Positions 42,634 through 51,637 of a stretch of DNA of 64,000 nt are shown in pieces. Origin of the DNA: Candidatus Pelagibacter sp. (lineage in GTDB: Bacteria > Pseudomonadota > Alphaproteobacteria > Pelagibacterales > Pelagibacteraceae); contig NZ_JBNAKG010000001.1 of assembly GCF_052048095.1 (NCBI RefSeq), forward strand, positions 193,300 to 257,299. Reading direction: 5' to 3'. A program made the translations under genes and the position numbers. The notes below the pieces were generated by a model. That model was not told where the DNA came from and ran no database searches. It saw only the letters and a program-made list of their open reading frames with translations. Every line of letters begins with the position of its first letter. Within the stretch, counting starts at the first letter, position 1.

Positions 42634-43381
42634 AAATAGAATTATACCTTGCTTGGATGTGAAAAATGGAAGAATTGTTAAAGGTATCAATTTTGTTGGA
42701 TTAAAAGATGCAGGAGATCCTGTAGAACAAGCAAAAATTTATAGTGAGGGTGGTGCAGATGAAATATGTTTTTTAGATATCACAGCTTCAAATGAGAATA
42801 GAGATACAATATTTGATGTTGTTAGCGAAACATCCAAAAAATGCTTTGTACCATTAACCGTTGGTGGTGGAGTTAGAAGCGTTGAAGATATAAGCAAACT
42901 TTTGAATTGTGGTGCAGATAAAGTTTCAATTAATACAGCAGCTGTTCAAAACCCCGATGTAGTTATACAAAGTTCAAAAAAATTTGGCTCACAATGTATT
43001 GTTGTAGCTATTGATGCAAAAAAAAATGATAACAAATGGGAAATTTATACTCATGGAGGAAGAACTAGTACGGGAATAGATGCCGTTGAATTTGCGTCAA
43101 ACATGGAAAGAAATGGTGCAGGGGAACTATTAATCACTTCAATGGATAGAGACGGTACACAAATTGGTTATGATATCGATTTGGTGTCGACGATCTCATC
43201 TAGAGTTAATATACCGGTTATAGCTTCAGGTGGAGTTGGTGAATTAGAACACTTAGCAGAAGGTATAAAAAATGGTAAAGCTAGCGCTGTACTAGCTGCA
43301 TCTATTTTTCATTACGGAAAACATTCTATCAAAGAGGCAAAGGAGTATTTAAATTCAAAAGGAATTCCAGTTAGAGTTTAA
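42626..43381 (+). CDS. hisF: Imidazole glycerol phosphate synthase cyclase subunit
   Basis: [28 protein letters not shown]. Confidence 0.97.
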   Translation: MLKNRIIPCLDVKNGRIVKGINFVGLKDAGDPVEQAKIYSEGGADEICFLDITASNENRDTIFDVVSETSKKCFVPLTVGGGVRSVEDISKLLNCGADKVSINTAAVQNPDVVIQSSKKFGSQCIVVAIDAKKNDNKWEIYTHGGRTSTGIDAVEFASNMERNGAGELLITSMDRDGTQIGYDIDLVSTISSRVNIPVIASGGVGELEHLAEGIKNGKASAVLAASIFHYGKHSIKEAKEYLNSKGIPVRV

Positions 43382-43384
43382 GCC

Positions 43385-43924
43385 TTATCTAAATTTTGGA
43401 CCATTCATCCAAATAGCCAAAGTTGCTCTTGATCCAGATATAACTTTTTCAACTTTATGATTTATAAATGATGGAAAAATTATAGCAGTACCCGGTTTAA
43501 ATTCTTTAATTTTCATTTCACCATCTCTAAATAAGCAAAGATCTCCACCTTCGTATTCTTTTTCTGAACAATTAAGCAAACAAGTAAGCTTTATATCTTT
43601 AACTGGAGATTTTGGACTAGCATCAATGTGCCAAGTATATTCTTCATTTACTTCATAAGTATTATAATTCAACTTTTTACTTCCAGATAATTGAAATAGA
43701 TCAAATCCATAATGGTATGTATTTGACGTAATAATAAAATCTAAGAAAGGCATTATTAAATGCTGAATTGCACCAAGATGAACAAATTTAACCTGTGATG
43801 TTTTAATCGCCTCTTTTTTAGATTGATCATTCCCTTGGACTAAATTTTCACTAATAGCTTTATTAATTTTTTGGATATGATCAACTTTAAATAATGGAGC
43901 TGTATTATAAACTGTTTCACGCAT
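43385..43924 (-). CDS. 2OG-Fe(II) oxygenase (PKHD/prolyl-hydroxylase-like)
   Basis: YTWHID (HxD), YEGGDL, FPSFINHKV, GSRATL, C-terminal GPKFR. Confidence 0.85.
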   Translation of the reverse strand: MRETVYNTAPLFKVDHIQKINKAISENLVQGNDQSKKEAIKTSQVKFVHLGAIQHLIMPFLDFIITSNTYHYGFDLFQLSGSKKLNYNTYEVNEEYTWHIDASPKSPVKDIKLTCLLNCSEKEYEGGDLCLFRDGEMKIKEFKPGTAIIFPSFINHKVEKVISGSRATLAIWMNGPKFR

Positions 43925-43986
43925 ATCAAAAATCTATATTAATATACTTTTCTAATCAAATAGATATGTTTATATTAAATGAACCT

Positions 43987-44259
43987 ATGTTAAAAAATCT
44001 AGAAAACTTAATTTCATTAGCAAGAGAAAGAAAAAAAAATCCAATAGGTGGATCGTATACTAATAAACTACTAAGCGATAAATCATTAAGCAAATCAAAG
44101 GTTTTAGAAGAAATAGATGAATTGGTAGAAGCTTTAGAAAAAGACACAAATAAAATTCATGAGGCTGCTGATGTTTTCTATCACCTAATAATGTACATGG
44201 AAGCGTATGATCTAAAAATAGAAGATGTAATGGCTGAGTTAGAAAAAAGAAAAAAATGA
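43987..44259 (+). CDS. hisE: Phosphoribosyl-ATP pyrophosphatase
   Basis: GSYTNKL, KVLEE, HEAADVFYH; start probably the ATG at 43987. Confidence 0.9.
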   Translation: MLKNLENLISLARERKKNPIGGSYTNKLLSDKSLSKSKVLEEIDELVEALEKDTNKIHEAADVFYHLIMYMEAYDLKIEDVMAELEKRKK

Positions 44260-44621
44260 ATTACGATAATGACAATATATTTGCAAAAATTTTAAGAGGT
44301 GAAATTCCTTGCAATAAAATTTATGAAGATGACTTTGTCTTATCTTTTTATGATATTAACCCACAAAAAAAAATACACGCATTAGTTATTCCAAAAGGAA
44401 AATATATTGATCTTGATGATTTCAGTGAAAACGCATCATCAGAGGAAATTGTTGGCTTAATTAAAGGAATTAATATTGTAGCTAAAAAATTAAAAATATC
44501 TGTCGATACAGGAAAAGGTTATAGGGCTTTAGCAAATATTAATGAACATGGTGGTCAAGAGGTTCCACACTTACATTTTCATTTGTTTGGAGGTGAGCGC
44601 GTGGGTAAAATGGTTGAGTGA
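44256..44621 (+). CDS. hinT: Histidine triad nucleotide-binding protein
   Basis: NIFAKILRGEIP, GQEVPHLHFHL. Confidence 0.92.
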   Translation: MNYDNDNIFAKILRGEIPCNKIYEDDFVLSFYDINPQKKIHALVIPKGKYIDLDDFSENASSEEIVGLIKGINIVAKKLKISVDTGKGYRALANINEHGGQEVPHLHFHLFGGERVGKMVE

Positions 44622-45121
44622 CAGAAGAAATTAAAAGAAGTTATTTAGAAATAACGTCATTGGATCAATTAAAAGAATCTAATAATCCTTCAGAAGACTG
44701 TGCTGTTGAATTAATCCAAAAACCAGATTTTCAATTAAATAAATTTTTTTACAAAAATGTAGGAAAAAATCACAGATGGATAGATAGATTAATATGGTCT
44801 GAGCTTGAGTGGATAAAATATATTAGTAATCCAAATTTAAAAACTTTCATTTTAAAATATAAAAAAGATTTAGCAGGTTATTATGAAATTATTTTTCATC
44901 CTGATAAAAATGAGAAAGAAATTGCTTACTTCGGACTATTAGAAGAACATAGGAATAAAGGATTGGGTTCATTTTTTTTATCATACGCAATTAAATCAGC
45001 TTTTAATGAAAAGATTAACAGATTGTGGTTACACACATGTTCTTTGGATCATAAAAATGCACTAAATAATTATAAATCAAGAGGAATGAAAGTTTTCAAA
45101 GAGGAAACATTAAAAATCTAA
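44618..45121 (+). CDS. GNAT-family N-acetyltransferase
   Basis: YFGLLEEHRNKGLG, RLWLHTCSLDH, ALNNY..RG. Confidence 0.85.
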   Translation: MTEEIKRSYLEITSLDQLKESNNPSEDCAVELIQKPDFQLNKFFYKNVGKNHRWIDRLIWSELEWIKYISNPNLKTFILKYKKDLAGYYEIIFHPDKNEKEIAYFGLLEEHRNKGLGSFFLSYAIKSAFNEKINRLWLHTCSLDHKNALNNYKSRGMKVFKEETLKI

Positions 45122-45681
45122 TCACTCTTAGGAAGAATAAAAATTTTATCATTTAAACCTTCATTAATTTTGATTGCAGAGATGATCATCAAGTTTTCAT
45201 TATTATAGATATCTGTTGTTTTCCAGCCATTTATAATAAAATTTTTCTTGTCAAAAAAAATTTTTAAATTCTGGTTATTTTCTTTTATTTCAAGTGTTAT
45301 ATTTTCTTTTTCTTCATCACTAATTTTGACTTCATTTATTTTTTCTATTAAATAATTTTTATCTAGAATTAAGTTTAGGGGCGTTTTTTCAATTGGGTAA
45401 ATATAATAAGCGCCAGATCTTTTAACTTTAATTACTAGTGTCTTGCCATTAGAAACTAATATTTTTCCAGATTTACCTGAATATTTACAAAAAATTTTTT
45501 TAGGATAATGAATTTTACAATTACCCTCTTCTATTTTATCTTTTATTATTTGACTAAAATTAAAACTTACATTTTGTATGTTTTCTAATTTTTCAATTAT
45601 TTTATCTTTCTTAGTTGAGTGGGCTCCCGTTGATCCCAGTAAAAATATAATAAAAAATAAGATGATTTGTTTAAAGCACAT
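45118..45681 (-). CDS. lolA: Outer-membrane lipoprotein carrier LolA family
   Basis: Signal peptide, FNFSQ, LVSNG, KTPL; downstream of ftsK. Confidence 0.78.
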   Translation of the reverse strand: MCFKQIILFFIIFLLGSTGAHSTKKDKIIEKLENIQNVSFNFSQIIKDKIEEGNCKIHYPKKIFCKYSGKSGKILVSNGKTLVIKVKRSGAYYIYPIEKTPLNLILDKNYLIEKINEVKISDEEKENITLEIKENNQNLKIFFDKKNFIINGWKTTDIYNNENLMIISAIKINEGLNDKIFILPKSD

Positions 45682-47758
45682 CCCTTTTTCCTACATGATT
45701 TGCTTTACTTACTATTCCATCAGCTTCCATCATGTCCATAATTCTAGCTGCTCTGTTGTAACCTATTTGTAATTTTCTTTGTAGAAAAGATGTAGAAGCT
45801 TTACCTTCACTTTTGATAATCTCTATTGCAGTTTGATACAATTCGTCTTTGTCACCATTATTTTGAATATTTCCGGTGTCTTTTTCATCTGCGAAATTTA
45901 ATATTTCATCTACATAATCTGGCTCTGCTTGATTTCTTATGAAATTATTTATTTTTTCTATTTCACTTTCAGAGACAAAAGGAGCATGAATTCTTACAAT
46001 TTTATTTGCAGAAGACATATAAAGCATGTCTCCTTTACCTAGTAATTGCTCAGCACCTTGTTCGCCAAGAATTGTTCTACTGTCTATTTTTGATGTTACT
46101 TGAAAAGAAATTCTTGTTGGAAAATTAGCTTTAATTGTTCCTGTGATTACATCTACACTAGGTCTTTGCGTTGCCATTATTATATGAATGCCAGCAGCAC
46201 GGGCCATCTGAGCGAGTTTTTGGATATAATTTTCTATTTCTTTACCTGCAACCAACATAAGATCAGACATTTCATCAACTACTACAACTATGTAGGGCAT
46301 GGGCAATTTATGTTTTGCATTATAACCGTCAATGTTTCTTACATTTTCTTTTGTCATTAATCTGTATCTACTTTCCATTTCTTTAACCACCCAACCTAAA
46401 ACAGAGGCTGCTTTTTTTGCTTCTGTAATTACTGGACATAATAAATGAGGTAGCCCTTCGTATGTGGAAAGTTCTAACATTTTAGGATCTATCATTATAA
46501 ATTTACACTTATCTGGTGAGTGCCTATATAAAAGTGAGAGTATAATTGTATTAATACATACGGATTTTCCTGATCCCGTGGTTCCTGCTATAAGTAAATG
46601 AGGCATACTTGCAAGGTCACCAATTACTGGTGTTCCCGAAATACTTTTGCCAAGTGCAATAGGAAGTTTTACATCTTTTTTTTTAAATTCACCTGCTTCT
46701 AAAATTTCACTTAGATAAACGTTCTCTCTATTTGAATTTGGTAATTCAATACCTATTGAACTGCTACCTGGTATTGTTGAAATTCTTGCCGATTCAGAAC
46801 TTGTGTTCCGCGCTATATCATCACTAAGATTAATAATTTTTGAAACTTTTACACCAGCTGCTGGTTCAAATTCATTTAATGTAACTACTGGACCTTGGCT
46901 AGCTTTTTTTATTTGACCACTCACACCAAAGTCTAATAATATCTTTTCTAAGAATTCAGGATCATAATTCAAATTTTTATTTGAATTATCTCTTTCAGAT
47001 TTCGATGGAATTTTAAGTAATTTTAGTTCCGGTAATTTATATTTGTTATCATTAGATATCTTGTCTTTAGAATCTTTTATAAAAGGTAGATCCTCTTGAA
47101 TTAAATCTTTAATTTGATCTTGAGGAATGTATTCTTCAATAATTTCACTTTTGTCTGTATAATTTTTTTGCTGTTTAGAAAATATTAAATAATAAGATGC
47201 TTTTAAAAATTTTAAAAATGCAACAAGTTTAAAATTAATACTAAGTAAAAAAATAGAACCAATAAGCAAAATTAAAATATAAAAAGATATATCTTTATTT
47301 ATTAAAAAAATATCTCCCAAAAAAGATTTCGATAAATAATTGCCTACAAAACCTCCATTTCCATTTATATATAAATTAAATGCTTCATTAAAATACAGAT
47401 TAAAAAAAAGAGTACCAAAAATGGTATATAAAATTGTAAAGAAGGTGTTTTCAATTGAAAAAAATAATTGTTTTAATTTAAAAACGTTCTTACCAGTAAA
47501 AATAAAAGTAACGGGAAGTAGGTATGAAATTATACCAAAAGATTGAAGCAATAAGTCAGATGTAAAACTACCATGGTAACCGAGTAAATTATTTATTTTT
47601 GTACTGTCTGGAAAAATAAAATTAGGATCTTCAGGAGAATATGAAATTAACGCAATAAATATAAGCACACCCAGACTAATTATTAAAATTCCAATTATTT
47701 CTAACAAACGTTTTGTAAAAAATGAAAGTGCTATATTTGTAAGATTTGAAATATTCAT
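45671..47758 (-). CDS. ftsK: DNA translocase FtsK
   Basis: N-terminal TM segments, AGTTGSGKS, IDPKMLEL, DEMSDLM, gamma domain LQRKLQIGYNRAARI. Confidence 0.97.
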   Translation of the reverse strand: MNISNLTNIALSFFTKRLLEIIGILIISLGVLIFIALISYSPEDPNFIFPDSTKINNLLGYHGSFTSDLLLQSFGIISYLLPVTFIFTGKNVFKLKQLFFSIENTFFTILYTIFGTLFFNLYFNEAFNLYINGNGGFVGNYLSKSFLGDIFLINKDISFYILILLIGSIFLLSINFKLVAFLKFLKASYYLIFSKQQKNYTDKSEIIEEYIPQDQIKDLIQEDLPFIKDSKDKISNDNKYKLPELKLLKIPSKSERDNSNKNLNYDPEFLEKILLDFGVSGQIKKASQGPVVTLNEFEPAAGVKVSKIINLSDDIARNTSSESARISTIPGSSSIGIELPNSNRENVYLSEILEAGEFKKKDVKLPIALGKSISGTPVIGDLASMPHLLIAGTTGSGKSVCINTIILSLLYRHSPDKCKFIMIDPKMLELSTYEGLPHLLCPVITEAKKAASVLGWVVKEMESRYRLMTKENVRNIDGYNAKHKLPMPYIVVVVDEMSDLMLVAGKEIENYIQKLAQMARAAGIHIIMATQRPSVDVITGTIKANFPTRISFQVTSKIDSRTILGEQGAEQLLGKGDMLYMSSANKIVRIHAPFVSESEIEKINNFIRNQAEPDYVDEILNFADEKDTGNIQNNGDKDELYQTAIEIIKSEGKASTSFLQRKLQIGYNRAARIMDMMEADGIVSKANHVGKRDVL

Positions 47759-47818
47759 TTTAATGAATCAAATTTACCACTTTGTATCATCTAATTTTTG
47801 TTGTTAAAATTAAAATAT

Positions 47819-48877
47819 ATGAAGATTTGTATTCTTGGAGAAAATTTAACTAGTTTAGCACTTGCTAAGAGTTTAGTTAATGCAAATTTAAGTGTTGATA
47901 TAATTACAAGCAAAAACTTAAAATTAAATAATAAATCAAGAACTATAGGCATATCAAAAACAAATTTTAAATATTTTTGTGACGATATATTTAATATTAG
48001 AAATTTAAGTTGGAATATTAATTCCATCCAAATTTATACAGATAATAATTTAAAAAAGGATTTAATAAATTTCAAAGATTCTAATCAATTATTTTTTATT
48101 GTTAAAAATAACGATATTCAAAAAGTTCTATTAAATTCACTAAAAAAAACAAAAAAATTTAGAAAAATATCTAAACTAGAAAAAAAAAACTATCAGTTGA
48201 TAATTAATTGTGACTTTCATCATCCAGTAACGAAAAAATTTTTTTCAAAAAGAATTGAAAAAAATTATAATTCTTATGCTTACACAACAATTTTAAAACA
48301 TAAAGAATTAAAAAATAATAAAGCAATACAGGTATTTACCAAAAATGGTCCCATTGCTTTTTTACCAATATCAAATCGCGAAACTTCAATTGTTTATTCT
48401 TTAAACAAAAAAAAACAAATTGATAAGAGAGAATTTTTAAATCTTATTAAAAAATATAATAATAAGTATGAAATAAAAAAAATTATAGAATTTGAATCTT
48501 TTTATCTTAAGTCTTCAAATTTAAGGTCATACTATAATAAAAACATATTAGCCTTCGGTGATCTTTTGCATAGAATTCATCCTTTAGCAGGACAGGGTTA
48601 CAATATGACTTTAAGAGATATTAAGATTCTCACTAATTTAATTAAAGAGAAGCAAAAATTAGGATTAGGTTTTGACAGTTCTATTTTTTTTGAATTTGAA
48701 AAAATTACAAAATCAAAAAATTATTTATTTTCACAAGGAATAGATTTTATTTATGAATTTTTTAATTTTGAGAGAAAAATAAATAATAAATTTTTAAACA
48801 ATTCTGTTTCCGTAATAGTTAAAAACAAAGTTTTAAATAAAACATTTAAATTAGTGGCTGATGTAGGATCGATATAA
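47819..48877 (+). CDS. UbiH/Coq6-family FAD-dependent hydroxylase
   Basis: FGDLLHRIHPLAGQGYNM..RD; start likely the ATG at 47819. Confidence 0.8.
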   Translation: MKICILGENLTSLALAKSLVNANLSVDIITSKNLKLNNKSRTIGISKTNFKYFCDDIFNIRNLSWNINSIQIYTDNNLKKDLINFKDSNQLFFIVKNNDIQKVLLNSLKKTKKFRKISKLEKKNYQLIINCDFHHPVTKKFFSKRIEKNYNSYAYTTILKHKELKNNKAIQVFTKNGPIAFLPISNRETSIVYSLNKKKQIDKREFLNLIKKYNNKYEIKKIIEFESFYLKSSNLRSYYNKNILAFGDLLHRIHPLAGQGYNMTLRDIKILTNLIKEKQKLGLGFDSSIFFEFEKITKSKNYLFSQGIDFIYEFFNFERKINNKFLNNSVSVIVKNKVLNKTFKLVADVGSI

Positions 48878-48878
48878 T

Positions 48879-49520
48879 TTATTGAATAGTTGTATTATCG
48901 AAATTATCATAAGAATAAGTTGTTAAAATTTCTGAAATCTTTACTTTCCTTTGATGCAAATTTTTTGTTTCTAACAAAACTTGTTTTTCTTCCAATGAAA
49001 AAGGTGATGCCATAGCTAAAGCATTAATTGTTTCATCTAAACTTTGTTGTTCTAAAGCTTTCCAGTTAATGATAAAACCCTTTTTTTCAAATAATGATCT
49101 TAAATCCTTAAATATTAATTCTAAGTCAGAAAATTTAAGATCTTCTTTTATATCACTTAAATCGTGTTCATAATTGTTGTACTGAACCTCACATTCTCTG
49201 TATTTTTTTTCATTATGGATTTCAGTTAAAACTTCAAATCTTATTAACCCTCTTAATTCAATTAGATATCTTTTATCTTCAGTTTCCTTAAAACTTGTTA
49301 TTTTTCCTAAACAACCAACATCGTGTAATTCGGGTACATTATCTAAATTACCGTTGTTATTCTTAGGTTGAATCATCCCAATAAGCTTTTCTGACTTCAT
49401 ACTATCATTTATCATCTCAATATATCTTGGTTCAAAAATATTCAATGGGACAGAAGTTTTAGGAAAAATTATAAAATTGCTTAATGGAAAAATAGGGATG
49501 ATTTTAGGTAGGTTAATCAT
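48879..49520 (-). CDS. LON peptidase N-terminal (substrate-binding) domain protein
   Basis: IPIFPL, PLNIFEPRY..M, VGCLGKI, LEEKQVLLE. Confidence 0.88.
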   Translation of the reverse strand: MINLPKIIPIFPLSNFIIFPKTSVPLNIFEPRYIEMINDSMKSEKLIGMIQPKNNNGNLDNVPELHDVGCLGKITSFKETEDKRYLIELRGLIRFEVLTEIHNEKKYRECEVQYNNYEHDLSDIKEDLKFSDLELIFKDLRSLFEKKGFIINWKALEQQSLDETINALAMASPFSLEEKQVLLETKNLHQRKVKISEILTTYSYDNFDNTTIQ

Positions 49521-49640
49521 AATTGGTGTTACAGATATAATTATATTATTTTATGTTTCAATACGATCATTTTAATTTTGAAATAATAATAATCGTATAA
49601 AATTAACTTTCTTTAAAAATTATTTTTCTAAATTAAATAG

Positions 49641-49669
49641 TTGCTTAAATTAAAAAATACTAATAGTTT
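49641..49669 (+). promoter_or_regulatory. Putative sigma70 promoter of tRNA-Gly
   Basis: TTGCTT-N17-TAGTTT ending 17 nt before the tRNA. Confidence 0.45.
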
Positions 49670-49686
49670 CAACGATAATTTAAGAT

Positions 49687-49761
49687 GCGGGCATAGCTCA
49701 GTGGTAGAGCGTCTCGTTGCCAACGAGAAGGTCGAGGGTTCGACCCCCTTTGCCCGCTCCA
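49687..49761 (+). tRNA. tRNA-Gly (GCC)
   Basis: GCGGGCA...TGCCCGC acceptor stem, D-arm AGCTCAGTGGTAGAGC, anticodon arm TCTCG-TTGCCAA-CGAGA, GGTTCGA T-loop, encoded CCA. Confidence 0.97.
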
Positions 49762-49767
49762 AAAATC

Positions 49768-50112
49768 ATGAATGACCTATTAAAAAAAAAATGTGTACCT
49801 TGTGAGGGTGGAGTAATTCCATTTGATATTTCTGAAATACATAAATATCAAAAAAAGGTTGATGGTTGGGATATCAAAAAAAATGAACAAAATATTTTTT
49901 TATTAGAAAAAAATTTTAAATTTAAAAATTTTTTAGAGAGCGAGAATTTTGTACAAAATGTAGGTAAGATAGCTGAAGCCGAAGATCATCACCCAGATAT
50001 TCATTTTGGATGGGGTTATGCCATAATAAATATTACAACACATGCTATTGAAGGATTATCCGAGAATGATTTTATATTAGCAGCAAAAATTGATGATATT
50101 TTTAATGTCTAA
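49768..50112 (+). CDS. phhB: Pterin-4-alpha-carbinolamine dehydratase
   Basis: CVPCEGG, EDHHPDI, THAIEGLSENDFILAAKID. The ORF-track 5' extension runs through the tRNA and is spurious. Confidence 0.9.
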   Translation: MNDLLKKKCVPCEGGVIPFDISEIHKYQKKVDGWDIKKNEQNIFLLEKNFKFKNFLESENFVQNVGKIAEAEDHHPDIHFGWGYAIINITTHAIEGLSENDFILAAKIDDIFNV

Positions 50113-51637
50113 AATGTCTTGTTTTAGAAAAAACTAGAATAGTTCCAGTTTCATTTGCAAATTTAATTATCTCTTTATCTCTAATCGATCCTGCTGGTTG
50201 AATAACCGCGGACACACCAGATTGGATAAGTTTTTCAATGCCATCTACAAATGGAAAAAAAGCATCAGAGGCAGCAACTATATCATCATCGGGATTTACA
50301 AATTTTTTCATCTTATTAATTGCAATTTCACAACTATCCAATCTACTTGGTTGACCAGATCCAATACCAACTATTGAATTTTCATGTGCTAAAACAATAG
50401 CGTTAGATTTTACATAACGACAAATATTAAACGCAAATATTAAATTTTTCATTTGTGAAGAAGAGGGCTTTAATTTTGAAACAACTTTAAAATCTTTAGT
50501 TTGAAAATTTATTTTGTCATCATTTTGAATTAAAAAATCTTCATTGTTAGACATAATTTTAAGATTCTCAGTTTTATTAAAATTAGTTGCATCTATTAGT
50601 CTTATGTTTTTTCTTTTTTTTAAAATTTTTAAAGCCGAATTATCAAATCCATTTGCCACTATTACCTCGAGAAAAATTTTATTAAGCTCTGTTGCCAATT
50701 TAGCACTCACTTTAAAGTTACATGAAACTATACCTCCAAATGCACTTACTGGATCGCATGCCAATGCAGATTTGTAACATTCTACATTGTTTTTTCTAAT
50801 TGAAACTCCACAGGGATTAGCATGTTTTACAATTACAACTCCATTATTTTTTGATAATGATTTTGAAATAGTCAGAGCAGCAAAAATATCATTAAAATTA
50901 TTGTAGCTTAGTTGTTTACCGTTAAGTTGTTTTAATTTTAGTTCTTTAGAACTTGAATAAATTGCACCATGTTGATGTGGGTTTTCACCATAACGCAATT
51001 TATCTATAAGATTAGATGCTAATATCTTCTTTTTTGGAAAATCATCATTAGTTAATTTATTAAAATAATTAGAAATTAAAGCATCATAATAAGCTGTCTC
51101 ACTAAAAGCTATTTTTGACATTTTTTGTCTAAAATCTACTGATGTAGAACCCTTGTTAGTATTAAGTTGTGAAATTAAGTCATCGTATTGATCTACAGAT
51201 GTTATCACTGTTACATCGTCATAATTTTTTGCAGCAGCTCTCACCATCGTGGGACCGCCAACATCTATATTTTCAATTATTTTTTTATGATCTTTAGTAT
51301 TTTTGATTGTTTCTTCAAAGGGGTAAAAGTTTACAATCACTAAATCTATATTTTCAAAATTATTTTCTTTTAGCTGTTGAATATGTTTTTTGTTTTTCCT
51401 TTTATTTAAGATTCCTGCATGAATTTTAGGATGTAAAGTTTTAACACGGCCGTCCAATATCTCGGGTGAATTTGTAAAATCAGAAACTTCTAAACATTTA
51501 AATTTTAGTTTTTTAATTGCTTTATAGGTGCCACCAGAACTAATTATTTGAATTTTATGTTTTCTTAAGCAAGTAAGGAGATTTTTTAAGTTATCCTTAT
51601 TTGATAATGAAATTAATGCTTTTTTTATTTTAGACAT
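50102..51637 (-). CDS. purH: Bifunctional AICAR transformylase / IMP cyclohydrolase
   Basis: ISSGGT, GRVKTLHP, IDVGGPTMVRAAAKN, LRYGENPHQ, ASDAFFPF. Confidence 0.97.
   Translation of the reverse strand: MSKIKKALISLSNKDNLKNLLTCLRKHKIQIISSGGTYKAIKKLKFKCLEVSDFTNSPEILDGRVKTLHPKIHAGILNKRKNKKHIQQLKENNFENIDLVIVNFYPFEETIKNTKDHKKIIENIDVGGPTMVRAAAKNYDDVTVITSVDQYDDLISQLNTNKGSTSVDFRQKMSKIAFSETAYYDALISNYFNKLTNDDFPKKKILASNLIDKLRYGENPHQHGAIYSSSKELKLKQLNGKQLSYNNFNDIFAALTISKSLSKNNGVVIVKHANPCGVSIRKNNVECYKSALACDPVSAFGGIVSCNFKVSAKLATELNKIFLEVIVANGFDNSALKILKKRKNIRLIDATNFNKTENLKIMSNNEDFLIQNDDKINFQTKDFKVVSKLKPSSSQMKNLIFAFNICRYVKSNAIVLAHENSIVGIGSGQPSRLDSCEIAINKMKKFVNPDDDIVAASDAFFPFVDGIEKLIQSGVSAVIQPAGSIRDKEIIKFANETGTILVFSKTRHFRH

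Noticed and set aside
43913-43928. parS half-site TGTTTCACG at the start of the antisense oxygenase
   Set aside because: The second half has four mismatches and the palindrome is lost; explained by the codons for M-R-E-T.
49717-49767. ORF-track N-terminal extension MPTRRSRVRPPLPAPKI of phhB
   Set aside because: It is a translation of the tRNA sequence.
49687-50200. tRNA-Gly as an island or prophage integration site
   Set aside because: No integrase and no duplicated tRNA 3' end noticed; core genes continue on both sides.
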